Positions 16,357-26,266 of a DNA stretch of 64,000 nt are shown here, piece by piece; the first letter of the stretch is position 1; every line of letters starts with the position of its first letter. The translations under genes and the position numbers were made by a program. Origin of the DNA: Oligoflexales bacterium (GTDB lineage Bacteria; Bdellovibrionota_B; Oligoflexia; Oligoflexales; Oligoflexaceae). The notes below the pieces were generated by a model. That model was given only the letters and a program-made list of their open reading frames with translations. It did not search any database and was not told the origin of the DNA. The stretch lies in assembly GCA_050251195.1 (NCBI GenBank), contig JBFWNG010000013.1, forward strand, positions 15,331 through 79,330, in the 5' to 3' direction.

Positions 16357-18672
16357 CTACAATCTCGACTTTTTCAAATAAGTCAGGTGCTTCAGGCGTC
16401 GAATGATGACTTCCAAAGGCAAAAAGGCAAAAAGTGCGTAAATCCAACCTGAGTCTAACATCCAGTAATAGTTCTTCGCAGAATTGACTTGCGGGGGAAG
16501 CAGGGTGCTCATTTCGTCCGAAACGCTTCGCAACCAGTCATCAACGGCCGCAAAACCGTCAGGTTCGGGAAAGAAGAGCGGCGCTCCGGTGAGCTGGCCC
16601 AGTTGTTTGAGTTTTATTGTCGAAAAAGGTACGTCGGAATCTTTGTAGGTATTGGGGATGACGCCATAGAGACTTGCCCTTACGGAACCGAACGCCTTAT
16701 GGTCAGCCGCGAAATCCACCTCGCAAAGAGAGCTTCCGTTTTTAGGCTTTGGCGCTTTTCCTGAAACGCGTCCCAAGATGTCGCTTTTGAGTTCGAGTAC
16801 AAGATCTTTCGCAGGGATTTCTTCCCCGCACACTCTAAGATGCCACGATTTTTCTTTCGCCAAATATTTGAGGGCTGGTCCTTGCATAAACATTTCAAAC
16901 GAAAGCGTCGAAGCGGAGTCGGGAACTAAGCTGAGGTTTTTGAGCATGATTGGCTTATTGATTTCCTCTCGAAGGAGCCATGAAATGGTCTTTGAGAAGA
17001 GCGCCGTATAAGCCGACTTAGACGATACTTGATCGGGATTAAGAGAAAGATTCCATAAATTGTCGGAAAAAAGCCACACGGCTCTTCCTTTGTCCGGGTA
17101 AGACGCTATAGCAAGCGGGAGCGACCCTCCGTTGTCAAGCTGCGCATTGAGTAACGGAGTGTACCCTCCCGGTTTGAGTTCGACATTTTCCATATGATGT
17201 ATGCCGCTCATCTTCTTTTGCGAAGCGAGAGCCGGCTCTAGTATTTCGACGTCGTCGAAAATGCTTGCGAGCGCCCGTTCGTCCGGAGAAGGCTTGGCGA
17301 GATTGATTTGGTAGTTTAAGTTTTCGTCGTAATACGGTCCCTTGAGATCGAGCGTGTCTCTTTGCAAGGCTCCCAAAAAGTTTTGGTCAGCCGGCAAAGA
17401 ACGCGGGCCCGAAGGACTATTGAAGGGAATTATTTCCGCGAGAGGTGATCCAATATAGTCACCTGGTTTGAGGGCGCGTGGTCCCCCCATGAAAAGAAGG
17501 CCTCCGCCGTTCTTGACAAAGTTCACTAGATTTTGCTGGTACTCGGGTTCGAGGAATTGATAAAGAGCAAAATTTTGCAGAATGATTACTTTGAAGTTGG
17601 TCAATTCCTGCGTGAAGAGCCGGTGCACTGGAAAAGGTATTAAGCTAAGTTCTCTTTCATTCACAAGTTGCAGATCCCCGGGATCGCGCAGGATGAAAAA
17701 ACTGATGAGGTCGTACTTTGGCTCCGACTTGAGGTAGCGGCGTAAGAATCGTCCGTCCCAACTTGGGGCGCCAAGAAGATGAAGAATTCCTATCGTGTTC
17801 GGAAGAACCTCGACGCCCTTGTGCTTTATGTTGTCCCACACGACGGTTTCGAGATTAGTCGGCAAAGCTTTTACCGTGAGCAGATGTTGACCCTTTGCAA
17901 GACCGGGAATGGCGATACCAACTTCCAGTCGGTTTTCGCCCTGATTAAATGTGGTGTTGAGTGTCGTAAGTACCGTTGGTCCCGATAAAACCTGAAGCTG
18001 GACGGTCTCTTCGCTGAGGTCAAAAGACTCCCGATTTACCGATACTTCGAGATTAAGGGTTTTGTCAGCGAATGAGAACAACGGTCTGTCCGGAATCTCG
18101 ATCCAGATATTATGGAAGCGCTGCGGCTTCAGGCCAATTATCGCCCCGCGGGTCTTTTGTTGAGACGTGACGGCTATGTTCTCCAACGCATCGTCCCAAG
18201 GAATGTCTGGGCGAAAATCGCCGCCGTCCGTAATGATCATCCACGGTTCATTACCCGCGGAGTAGAGCCACGGCTTTAAGATCGCGCTAAGCGGGGTATA
18301 GCCGTTCTCCACTTCGTCGCTTAACTCGCTTAGAAGGGTCTTCTTGGTGTAGCAACCTAGGTCAAGGCATTCTTCATTGATCCGCTTTAAGGTAGCGTCA
18401 ACTTGGTTGGTAAAGGATGTTCCCTCGTTTTCATTGGTCACGCTTTTGGAGTCGTCGACGAGCACATGAATAGGGTTGCGAGCCAAGCTTCGGGGGCCGC
18501 TTTCTGTCACCGTTCGCGGAAATGCTGCCAGTATAAGAGGTGCGATCCACCCGATACGGCAGAGAGCGGACAGCGCACCCCGGATCACACCCAGTTCATA
18601 GCACCATGATATGGACAGCAAGACAAAACTGCCAAACGCGAACCACAGCAGAAGTTGTAAATAATCTGTCAT
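16357..18672 (-). CDS. Membrane protein with a VWA-like domain (BatB-like) and a GATase1-like region
   Basis: N- and C-terminal TM segments. DxSxS in HVLVDDSKSV and IITDGGD. GGGLLFMGGPRAL is typical of the last gene in MoxR/Bat-type operons. The start overlaps the upstream gene by 4 nt. Confidence 0.7.
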   Translation of the reverse strand: MTDYLQLLLWFAFGSFVLLSISWCYELGVIRGALSALCRIGWIAPLILAAFPRTVTESGPRSLARNPIHVLVDDSKSVTNENEGTSFTNQVDATLKRINEECLDLGCYTKKTLLSELSDEVENGYTPLSAILKPWLYSAGNEPWMIITDGGDFRPDIPWDDALENIAVTSQQKTRGAIIGLKPQRFHNIWIEIPDRPLFSFADKTLNLEVSVNRESFDLSEETVQLQVLSGPTVLTTLNTTFNQGENRLEVGIAIPGLAKGQHLLTVKALPTNLETVVWDNIKHKGVEVLPNTIGILHLLGAPSWDGRFLRRYLKSEPKYDLISFFILRDPGDLQLVNERELSLIPFPVHRLFTQELTNFKVIILQNFALYQFLEPEYQQNLVNFVKNGGGLLFMGGPRALKPGDYIGSPLAEIIPFNSPSGPRSLPADQNFLGALQRDTLDLKGPYYDENLNYQINLAKPSPDERALASIFDDVEILEPALASQKKMSGIHHMENVELKPGGYTPLLNAQLDNGGSLPLAIASYPDKGRAVWLFSDNLWNLSLNPDQVSSKSAYTALFSKTISWLLREEINKPIMLKNLSLVPDSASTLSFEMFMQGPALKYLAKEKSWHLRVCGEEIPAKDLVLELKSDILGRVSGKAPKPKNGSSLCEVDFAADHKAFGSVRASLYGVIPNTYKDSDVPFSTIKLKQLGQLTGAPLFFPEPDGFAAVDDWLRSVSDEMSTLLPPQVNSAKNYYWMLDSGWIYALFAFLPLEVIIRRLKHLTYLKKSRL

Positions 18673-21206
18673 CGCAACCGTTTCAAAATTTCTGGCAAAT
18701 GTATCTGATCCTTCTTATAGTCCGTTGTCAACGCGACCATAAGAATATTGATAAATGTACGCACGTCGTTTTCATGAGACTGAGTACCAAAGCAGGTCTC
18801 GGTCCTTTGGTTTGTAAGAAGGGCGTTGGCAAGTGAAAACGGCGCGGCAAGCAGCGCTAATCGTCCGTCGTAGTGATAACCCCACCAATATTGGTTCTCA
18901 CAGACCGGAAGTGTATCGAGTAGATGAAAGCTTCGCATGAGTTCATGGTCGGGCGGAATGACCTGCCATTGTCCGTCAAGCTGGTTGACGCCTTCGGTCA
19001 GTCCCTTGAGCTCTTCTAATGATGTTGCGTTCTCAATTATGAGGAGGCCGCCGCGGTAAATCCAAGAAACAAGGTCTGATTTGATCTTGCCATTCTGCGT
19101 CACCGCATGTGGATTAAACGCCCAAATCCACGGATGTTGAAGGGTGTCCTTTTGCACGGTATCGGAGAAATAAATCTTGTCGCTTATGGTAATACTGGTT
19201 CTTCCCGAGACTTCTTTCGCGATGAACGCGCTGGAGTACTCAGTTTTCGGATATCCAACCATGTTGAGGTAAATCGAAGCGGAGCCGTCGTCGGAAAAGC
19301 CGAAGGCAAGAAGAACAACCGCTGCGCCCGCCGCAGCTCGTTTTCTCCTTGCTTTGGCAGCGAGGAAGAAGAATTTTCCGATGGCCTCGATAACAGATGC
19401 CAACGCGACAACGGCAATACATATCTTTATCCAAAAGGTAGGATCGCTTTTGAATTGACCGGCTGATAGATTCTCGGCTGCATTAGAATCTCCAGGATAC
19501 CAGAGTGGGGGAAGCGATTCTGATTCTAAAGTAGCTAGCAAACTTTCTCCCATGGGAACATTTGTCGGCTCGACGACATCAGCAGCTGTTGATATATCAT
19601 CAATTCTCGGAATGAGATCCTTCTTCTCAAGTTCACCGGATTTTATCACGTTTTGCCATTCAAGGACGTTTTTTATGAACAGCGGAAACTTCAGGTAGGA
19701 GATATTTGTCCCAGCGAATGGTCTTAACGGAACGGTGAATGCTAGGATTTCTACACCCTTGTCGCGTGGAACGTATTTCCAAGCAATCGATTCAAGTGCT
19801 TTGCCTACATTGCCCCCAACTTGTTTGGCGTCAAAGGAAGTCAACGCCGCAATCCAGTCTTCGCGACTGCGAACGTCGCTGCAGAACTCCGATGTTATTC
19901 CTGAAAGTTGGGTCAGGCATTTGCACAGATAGGAGTAGTTTGAATTCTCGCCGTGTGGCGCGAGCCAAATCTTTGTGACTCCGCCTTTGCTTAACCCTTG
20001 GTCGCCGTTGATCGAAGGGCAAAAACTAGTACCTTCGCTGTCCAGGCCGCCCAAAAGGATCCACAATGGATAGTGCTCATAATCGAAGTTTTCATCTGGA
20101 GCTTTGTCAAACGCGCGCACCTTAAAGCCCAGTGTTTCTAAGCTCGTGGAAATATGATGGTTGGGGTTGTCCAGGAAGTTCTCGCCAATAGGGTGTGAAA
20201 TAACGAGTAGCTCTTGTTTTATCCCACTCGCGGAAGTGAAATAAGTGTTGTCCATGGCTAAGCCGTCATTAACTACCAACTCCCATTTCAGAAACTGTTC
20301 ATTGGCTAGCATACGGGAATTAAGACTCGTTTCGGGCCAGTCTACCTTTACTTGTGTCTGGCGTGTTCCTGCCTGCATGTACCAGGGCGTTTCTTTCAGC
20401 ACATTTTGCCCGTACGCCACCTTCAGAGTGCCGCTGACGTCGTTCTCTAAAGGCTGGTTTGCAAGTATCTCGATCTCCCAATCGATTGTTGGGGAAAAGG
20501 GGGCGGACGTAAATTCGGCTTTGTTAACGAAGAAATTAACGGGACGCGAGGAGTCTTCAAAATGTGACGGGTAGTAGAAGAAATCAGTGTTTTCTTTGAG
20601 AAAGGTCCAGTTGAAATCCTTCCATGAATGAAGGTCCGCGTCGGAAACAATAATAAGCTTGTCGATCTTTTGTCCCGCCTGAAGGTACTTTGCCATCCAT
20701 TTGCTAATCTTAATGCCTGACCTGTGAAACCCTAGGTCCGTCAAATACTTCTGCAGATTCATATCTTCGGAGAACGCGACCGTGTCGCCGTGACTGGTGC
20801 TGATCGTGATTGAGTTTTCTTTGCCTATGGAGCGCACCATGCTGTCGATGCGCTGGCTGTATGTGGACATATCGAGGTCTCGAGCAACAGAAGGACTCAG
20901 ATCGACCAAAACGTGGTAGTTTTCGCCCTTGGGACTTTTGTCAGCTTCTATTGTCCGTGTGGGTTTCAGCGTAAAAAATGCCATTACGAGCGCTGCCAGG
21001 AGGAACATGAGAAAGCTCAATAGAGGGGGAGGGACAAAAGTTAGCTTTGGTACCTGCTTCCTTTCTTCTTCGATGACCCTGAGCGTTGGTAACCAGATTT
21101 TCTGTCGCTTGAGCCGAACAAGGAACCAGATAACGATACTAGTTCCCAGAAGAGCGAGGAGGCTGCCGGTAATTGACGTGAATGCGGAAAAATGTAGATT
21201 CAGCAT
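18669..21206 (-). CDS. BatA-like protein: N-terminal double-TM (BatA_N) plus VWA domain, fused to a C-terminal DUF4159-like domain
   Basis: N-terminus LLALLGTSIVIWFLVRLKRQKIWLPTLRV. DxSxS in VLVDLSPSV and IIVSDAD. C-terminus WIYRGGLLIIEN...HELMRSFHLLD. Confidence 0.7.
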   Translation of the reverse strand: MLNLHFSAFTSITGSLLALLGTSIVIWFLVRLKRQKIWLPTLRVIEEERKQVPKLTFVPPPLLSFLMFLLAALVMAFFTLKPTRTIEADKSPKGENYHVLVDLSPSVARDLDMSTYSQRIDSMVRSIGKENSITISTSHGDTVAFSEDMNLQKYLTDLGFHRSGIKISKWMAKYLQAGQKIDKLIIVSDADLHSWKDFNWTFLKENTDFFYYPSHFEDSSRPVNFFVNKAEFTSAPFSPTIDWEIEILANQPLENDVSGTLKVAYGQNVLKETPWYMQAGTRQTQVKVDWPETSLNSRMLANEQFLKWELVVNDGLAMDNTYFTSASGIKQELLVISHPIGENFLDNPNHHISTSLETLGFKVRAFDKAPDENFDYEHYPLWILLGGLDSEGTSFCPSINGDQGLSKGGVTKIWLAPHGENSNYSYLCKCLTQLSGITSEFCSDVRSREDWIAALTSFDAKQVGGNVGKALESIAWKYVPRDKGVEILAFTVPLRPFAGTNISYLKFPLFIKNVLEWQNVIKSGELEKKDLIPRIDDISTAADVVEPTNVPMGESLLATLESESLPPLWYPGDSNAAENLSAGQFKSDPTFWIKICIAVVALASVIEAIGKFFFLAAKARRKRAAAGAAVVLLAFGFSDDGSASIYLNMVGYPKTEYSSAFIAKEVSGRTSITISDKIYFSDTVQKDTLQHPWIWAFNPHAVTQNGKIKSDLVSWIYRGGLLIIENATSLEELKGLTEGVNQLDGQWQVIPPDHELMRSFHLLDTLPVCENQYWWGYHYDGRLALLAAPFSLANALLTNQRTETCFGTQSHENDVRTFINILMVALTTDYKKDQIHLPEILKRLR

Positions 21207-21212
21207 GTGCTC

Positions 21213-22112
21213 TTACCCAGCTTCAAGATAGAAAGTCACAACTTTATGAAAGTACGATATGGGCGAGTTGTCGGTGAGAAAGACGTAGTCGCTGCCTACT
21301 TTTCGAAGGCTACCCGTAAGCTTGTGTTTCCATTTCTCAAGCTCAGATTTATAAAATCCGTTGTGCTTAAGAGCGCTTCCCAAATACTCTTTTCGATCTC
21401 GTTCATAGTCGAAGTAACAGATTTCGTCTTGCGTCCACTCTATTTCATCCTCAAGCGATGAAAGAATATGAATGAAAATTTTTCGTCTGCTTGTGGAGAA
21501 GAAAGCCGGCAGGTTGTCGTTCAAGGCGTCAGACAAGAAATAGACCATATCGGGACGGCCAAGTCTCAGAGGATCAAAAGCTTGCACAAAACCGGTATGT
21601 TCAAGATCGAACGCATTCTTGGTTAGGTGTTCAAAAATTTGGAGGACATCGCTCGAAGAAGATGCGATAAGCTTCTGCATCCCTTGTGCTCCGGCAGCGT
21701 TCTTGGTGAGAACGATGTTTACGCGGTCCCCTGATTTAAGGTGAAAGTAGCAAAGATTGAGCGCAAGTCTCGTCGCAATTTCACGCTTCGTCGGCGTCGC
21801 ATTGGCAAGTTCCATGCTGGGCACGGGCCAATTCATCGTATCAGACCAGTCAATTCCGATAACGACGTTTGCTCGAGCGTTATCTCTCTTCTCTCGCACA
21901 ATGGCTTGATCGGTACGCGCAAACACTTTCCAGTCGATCAGTCGAGGCGGATCTCCCGGCATATACTGTCTGCTAAAAGCAGGGAATCGATCGGGTTTTC
22001 TCATCTTTAAAAAGAAGCTGCCGTGATGGACGGGAGTATTCTTGGTTCCGATGCCCTCCGGATCCACGGCGTCCACGGGTCTGAGATTGCGCAAAGTGCC
22101 CTTAGGATTCAT
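21213..22112 (-). CDS. DUF58 domain protein (MoxR-associated)
   Basis: Its position between MoxR and the VWA proteins and its ~300-aa size fit the family. The start overlaps the moxR stop by 4 nt. Confidence 0.75.
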   Translation of the reverse strand: MNPKGTLRNLRPVDAVDPEGIGTKNTPVHHGSFFLKMRKPDRFPAFSRQYMPGDPPRLIDWKVFARTDQAIVREKRDNARANVVIGIDWSDTMNWPVPSMELANATPTKREIATRLALNLCYFHLKSGDRVNIVLTKNAAGAQGMQKLIASSSSDVLQIFEHLTKNAFDLEHTGFVQAFDPLRLGRPDMVYFLSDALNDNLPAFFSTSRRKIFIHILSSLEDEIEWTQDEICYFDYERDRKEYLGSALKHNGFYKSELEKWKHKLTGSLRKVGSDYVFLTDNSPISYFHKVVTFYLEAG

Positions 22113-23149
22113 GCAATTCCCTTGGCGATGAAATCGTATTTTTCGACGATCTGTCCAAGAAGTCGATCCACAAGCGAATCCTCGGTGTAACCGTTGTTGA
22201 CGCCCTCGGGAGTAAGTCGTAGGCGATGGCGCAATACAGGCTTTGCAAGTCGCTCAATATGTTTCCATCGAACTGTTTCTGACTTGTCGATCAGAGCCAT
22301 TGCCTTTGCCGTCGACACTAAGCTTATTCCTGCTCTCGGGCCAGCGCCGTACCATATGCAGGGTTTGATTTCTTCAGGGCAGCTGGCGTCTGTTGGACGG
22401 GTGGATCGCACAAGGTCACGGACGACATGCAACAGTTCGTCGGCGATGGAAATCTGCCGACATGTCGCAACCAATTGCAGAGTGTCTTCCAATGTCAGAA
22501 TCGGTTTGAGCTCCGGTTTTGCCTGAAATTCTCCAGCGAGCCTATTGGAGTTGTGAGCGATCAATATTCTGTCTTCAGCCGCAGCGTCGGGATAGTCTAC
22601 GAGAGAGTGCAGCATGAAGCGGTCAAGTTGGGCTTCAGGTAGAGGAAATGTTCCCTCGGACTCAAATGGGTTTTGAGTGGCAAAGACCATGAAAGGCTGC
22701 GGAAGCTTGTGGGTAATACCGTTGACAGTGCAGTTCTTTTCTTGCATTGCCTCGAGCAAAGCCGATTGTGTCCTTGGCGACGCTCGGTTTATCTCGTCCG
22801 CGAGCATCAAGTTCGTGAACACGGGCCCCTTCGAAAAATCGAAACTACGCTTTCCCGAAACGGCGTCGAGGTTCAGAATATCCGTTCCGATAATGTCAGA
22901 AGGCAACAAATCGGGAGTAAACTGCACGCGACCGAACTGGAGTCCAAGAGATTGTGAAAATATCCGGACAAGCGTGGTCTTCGCGAGACCGGGAGCGCCC
23001 GTGATAAGAATATGCCCTTCAACGAGAAAGCAACACAGCGCTTCGTCGACGAGGTGCTTCTGGCCGAAAATCTGTGTGTTTATTTGCTGCCTCAGTTTGT
23101 CGGCAAGATCCGCACAAGCGGTAAAACCATATTCGGATGCATGGCTCAT
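22109..23149 (-). CDS. MoxR-family AAA+ ATPase
   Basis: Walker A ITGAPGLAKT, Walker B LMLADEINRA, and the characteristic VFATQNP motif. Confidence 0.9.
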   Translation of the reverse strand: MSHASEYGFTACADLADKLRQQINTQIFGQKHLVDEALCCFLVEGHILITGAPGLAKTTLVRIFSQSLGLQFGRVQFTPDLLPSDIIGTDILNLDAVSGKRSFDFSKGPVFTNLMLADEINRASPRTQSALLEAMQEKNCTVNGITHKLPQPFMVFATQNPFESEGTFPLPEAQLDRFMLHSLVDYPDAAAEDRILIAHNSNRLAGEFQAKPELKPILTLEDTLQLVATCRQISIADELLHVVRDLVRSTRPTDASCPEEIKPCIWYGAGPRAGISLVSTAKAMALIDKSETVRWKHIERLAKPVLRHRLRLTPEGVNNGYTEDSLVDRLLGQIVEKYDFIAKGIA

Positions 23150-23302
23150 GATTTTAGCTCCCTGTTTCGTTCGGGTGTCCTAAATTCCAAGAAATCTTTC
23201 TTTTTATCTTACCTCAGAAGTTACCTAAAGTCTCCGGCGATGTCAGTGGATTAGAGTTTTCAGCGGCTGTATGGTCTTCGAACGATGGGCTAAGGAGGAC
23301 CA

Positions 23303-23506
23303 ATGAAAAAAGCGTTTTTAAATGAAGGGATGTTAAGAGGTGCTCAAACGGGTGGCGCTGCCATTGAGTACATCATCGTATCGATCTTCGCTATTGTTGT
23401 GGCGGCAGGGGGAATCACTCTCGTGTCAAAGGCCATCAAGAAGCAGATAGAGGAGATACAACAGAAATATGGCATTGAGATCGACGCCGATTGGCCCGTT
23501 TTTTAG
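23303..23506 (+). CDS. flp: Flp/Fap family type IVb pilin
   Basis: AAGGAGG lies 5 nt upstream. The 67-aa product reads ...GAQTGGAAIEYIIVSIFAIVVAAGG..., the Flp G/xxxIEY motif followed by a hydrophobic helix. Confidence 0.65.
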   Translation: MKKAFLNEGMLRGAQTGGAAIEYIIVSIFAIVVAAGGITLVSKAIKKQIEEIQQKYGIEIDADWPVF

Positions 23507-23509
23507 GGC

Positions 23510-23860
23510 ATGTTCTTGAGGTGGGTCGTTTTGGCGATCGTCCTTTTGCAGTACGTCGGTTTGCGCGTTCACGGTGTAAAGTCTCAAAGCCTAATGGAAA
23601 ATTTTTTTTCATACAGCTTGACCTTGAAGAGAGACCCGGAGGCATTTAGGGAGCAACATTGCAGAAACTATTCGCCATCTGCCTGTTCCATAACCGTGGA
23701 CTGGATTGAAAGTGGCGAGTGGAAATCCATTTGCGGGGCAGGCAGCTACGAACACCGACTCCCTCGATACTGGAGGATTGTTGCCCGCTGCCCCGTTCCG
23801 CTATTTTTGTTGAAGGGTTTGGATCTTCCTCTTTCGATATCGCGAACAATCTATCGGTGA
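23510..23860 (+). CDS. Hypothetical small protein with an N-terminal hydrophobic segment
   Basis: Starts 4 nt after the flp stop. No recognisable motif, so coding status is uncertain. Confidence 0.35.
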   Translation: MFLRWVVLAIVLLQYVGLRVHGVKSQSLMENFFSYSLTLKRDPEAFREQHCRNYSPSACSITVDWIESGEWKSICGAGSYEHRLPRYWRIVARCPVPLFLLKGLDLPLSISRTIYR

Positions 23861-23862
23861 AG

Positions 23863-24366
23863 CTAGAGGAACAATTCAGGGTTGAAAGTTATGTCGGTAG
23901 ACCCATAGTTTAGGCCGGTTTTATGGAACTCGCTCGTGACCTGGCTTCGGTGGTGGGTTTGGTGGTTGAACATATGCATGAAAAAAAACGATCGCTGCAT
24001 TTTCCTGAGTTTTCCGAGCTTCTTATTCTCGAAGTCCAGTTCTAGGTTGAGCCAATCCTGAGAATACCCTTCCGCTTCAAGCACGAGCCGATTGTCAAAC
24101 TCAGCGCGAGCGTATCTCAGATCCTCAAAGTTGACATAGGGAATGGCCTCAAAGGAAATATATTTAGGCTTTCCTGTTTTAATGAGCTCATAGAGAGAGG
24201 TATCAATGGCAATAATATGATTCAGAGTTGCGTGGATGGAGCCAAAGAACATTCCGCGGTTTTTCTTTCGTTCTTCCTCCCCAATCTTCTGGCAAAGTTT
24301 GTAGGTCGCATCGTTTTGCCAGCGATTGTACTTGGCCATCTCTTTAACGTATTGTGGCGTTACCAT
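23863..24366 (-). CDS. DinB family protein
   Basis: YNRWQN...LNHIIAID...MFNHQTHHRSQ pattern of the DinB/YfiT four-helix bundle. Confidence 0.8.
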   Translation of the reverse strand: MVTPQYVKEMAKYNRWQNDATYKLCQKIGEEERKKNRGMFFGSIHATLNHIIAIDTSLYELIKTGKPKYISFEAIPYVNFEDLRYARAEFDNRLVLEAEGYSQDWLNLELDFENKKLGKLRKMQRSFFFMHMFNHQTHHRSQVTSEFHKTGLNYGSTDITFNPELFL

Positions 24367-24385
24367 TTCTCCTCCTCTCTTCGAT

Positions 24386-26266
24386 TTATTGCAGTGAAGC
24401 CCCGGAGGCTAAAATATTGGCCTGATAATTCGATTGCGTGTAGTCGGTGGGCATCCCCAGCTGAGAACACGCTAATTGGTAGTAGTAACCGCGTGCACCC
24501 ATTAGGGTTTCGTGGTTCCCAGCTTCCACAATAACGCCCTTCTTAAATACAAGAATCTGCGAACATTGAAGAATCGTGTTGAGTCTGTGAGCGATTATAA
24601 AGCAGGTCCGATTCTTAAGGATAGTCGAAATCGCGCCTTGGATAAGTTCTTCGCAAGACGGATCGATATTCGCGGTTGCTTCGTCGAGGATGAACAGCTG
24701 AGGGTCTTTTATGAGCATGCGCGTCAGCGCGATGAGTTGCTTTTCGCCCACGCTCAAGTTTTCGCCGCCGTCAAGAATTTGGAAATTCAGGCCATCGGGA
24801 AGCTTTTCAAGGATGTTGGATAAACCGGTTTGTTGGGCATAGCGTATGAGGTCTCTATCTGTCAGAGGGGCCTTTTGCGCTCCTCGGGCTACAATCAAGT
24901 TTTCTCGAAGAGTTCCTCCGAACACTATGACATCTTGCCCAACCATTCCAATTTGTGTGCGCAAACATTGTCGGTCCCAATCTTCTGTCGCAACGCCGTC
25001 AAAGAGAATCCTGCCGCGTGTTTTTGAATAGAGCTGGGGTATCAGATTTATGGTTGAGGTCTTTCCAGACCCCGTTTCGCCGACGAGGCCCACCGACGCT
25101 CCCGGAGCAATTTCAAAACTGATTCCTTTTAATACGGGAGCGTCCTCGTTGTATGCCATATGGACTTCATCAAATTCCACGTGGCCTTGCAAACGTGCTC
25201 GATATTTGCCGGAGGGGCCGAGATACTGCAGCTCCTCGCTTTCACTGAGCATCTTTTGAACTCGCTCGCTGGATGCGATAGCCTCTTGGATTACATGAAC
25301 CTCTTGCGATATTTGCATGACCGGTCGCAAGATTCGCTCAGCATAGCGAACAAAGGCTACGACAATGCCGACGGTTAAAGCACCCGCGAGAACCTTGGTC
25401 CCGCCAACCCAAAGAATCAGCGCCACGGGAAGGCCGCAAAGAAAAGCGGCGCTCGGACGGATAAAGCTGTTCCAGTTTGTTATACAGATGCCGGCGTTTC
25501 GAACGTCGTCGTTAAGTTTGTCATAACTCCTAAAGCTCCACGACTCGAGCCCAAAAATCTTAATGAGAGGAAAACCGTTGATGTATTCCGCAGTTTTTGC
25601 GTTGAGAGTTGAAGATCGAATTTTGTGTTCTCTAACCCAATGGATCACCGGTTTTTTCGTGAGAATAGTAATGGCAACTGCCGGCAAGCACGACGCGATC
25701 ACGATCAGGCCGACGCCAACGTCGGTGAAGAGCATTGCCAAAATAACCGTAAAAATCGTGATGAATGCGTTTACAATGCGCGCCAGAGGGCCAGTAAAGA
25801 ATTTTTCGATGCCCTCGATGTCGCTGGTTAACCTCGTGATCGTTCGCCCCAGTGGTTGTCTATCAAAATAGGGGATGGGAAGCTTTGTGATCTTCTCAAA
25901 AAGATCAATTCTGATTTTGTATGCGATCTGGTTGGTTATTTTTGCAAGATTGATTCTGCCGATATACATCAAACCGACGTTTATCGTTTCTAAGAAGAGG
26001 ATGATCGCAGCAAGAGTATAAATCTGGGTTGTGTTCTTCTCAGGGCGAAGAAATTCTTGCGCGAGGTCGCCGAGCGCCTTTGCCGAAAACATCAGAGCCA
26101 TGGAAGAAAGAAGAACGAGCACCAAGGCGAATGCGAGTCCTAGCTTGAAAGGTCGGCTGTATCGAAGGAGGAGTACGAATGCCGACAATCCACTGCTGGC
26201 GATTTTGATTTCGTCTTCCCAAAACTCATAAGCGTTGCTGGGTTTTTTATTGGTGGTTTCTTTCAT
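24386..26266 (-). CDS. ABC transporter permease/ATP-binding protein (type I exporter half)
   Basis: Six-TM region, Walker A GETGSGKTS, signature LSVGEKQ, Walker B LFILDEAT. Confidence 0.9.
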   Translation of the reverse strand: MKETTNKKPSNAYEFWEDEIKIASSGLSAFVLLLRYSRPFKLGLAFALVLVLLSSMALMFSAKALGDLAQEFLRPEKNTTQIYTLAAIILFLETINVGLMYIGRINLAKITNQIAYKIRIDLFEKITKLPIPYFDRQPLGRTITRLTSDIEGIEKFFTGPLARIVNAFITIFTVILAMLFTDVGVGLIVIASCLPAVAITILTKKPVIHWVREHKIRSSTLNAKTAEYINGFPLIKIFGLESWSFRSYDKLNDDVRNAGICITNWNSFIRPSAAFLCGLPVALILWVGGTKVLAGALTVGIVVAFVRYAERILRPVMQISQEVHVIQEAIASSERVQKMLSESEELQYLGPSGKYRARLQGHVEFDEVHMAYNEDAPVLKGISFEIAPGASVGLVGETGSGKTSTINLIPQLYSKTRGRILFDGVATEDWDRQCLRTQIGMVGQDVIVFGGTLRENLIVARGAQKAPLTDRDLIRYAQQTGLSNILEKLPDGLNFQILDGGENLSVGEKQLIALTRMLIKDPQLFILDEATANIDPSCEELIQGAISTILKNRTCFIIAHRLNTILQCSQILVFKKGVIVEAGNHETLMGARGYYYQLACSQLGMPTDYTQSNYQANILASGASLQ

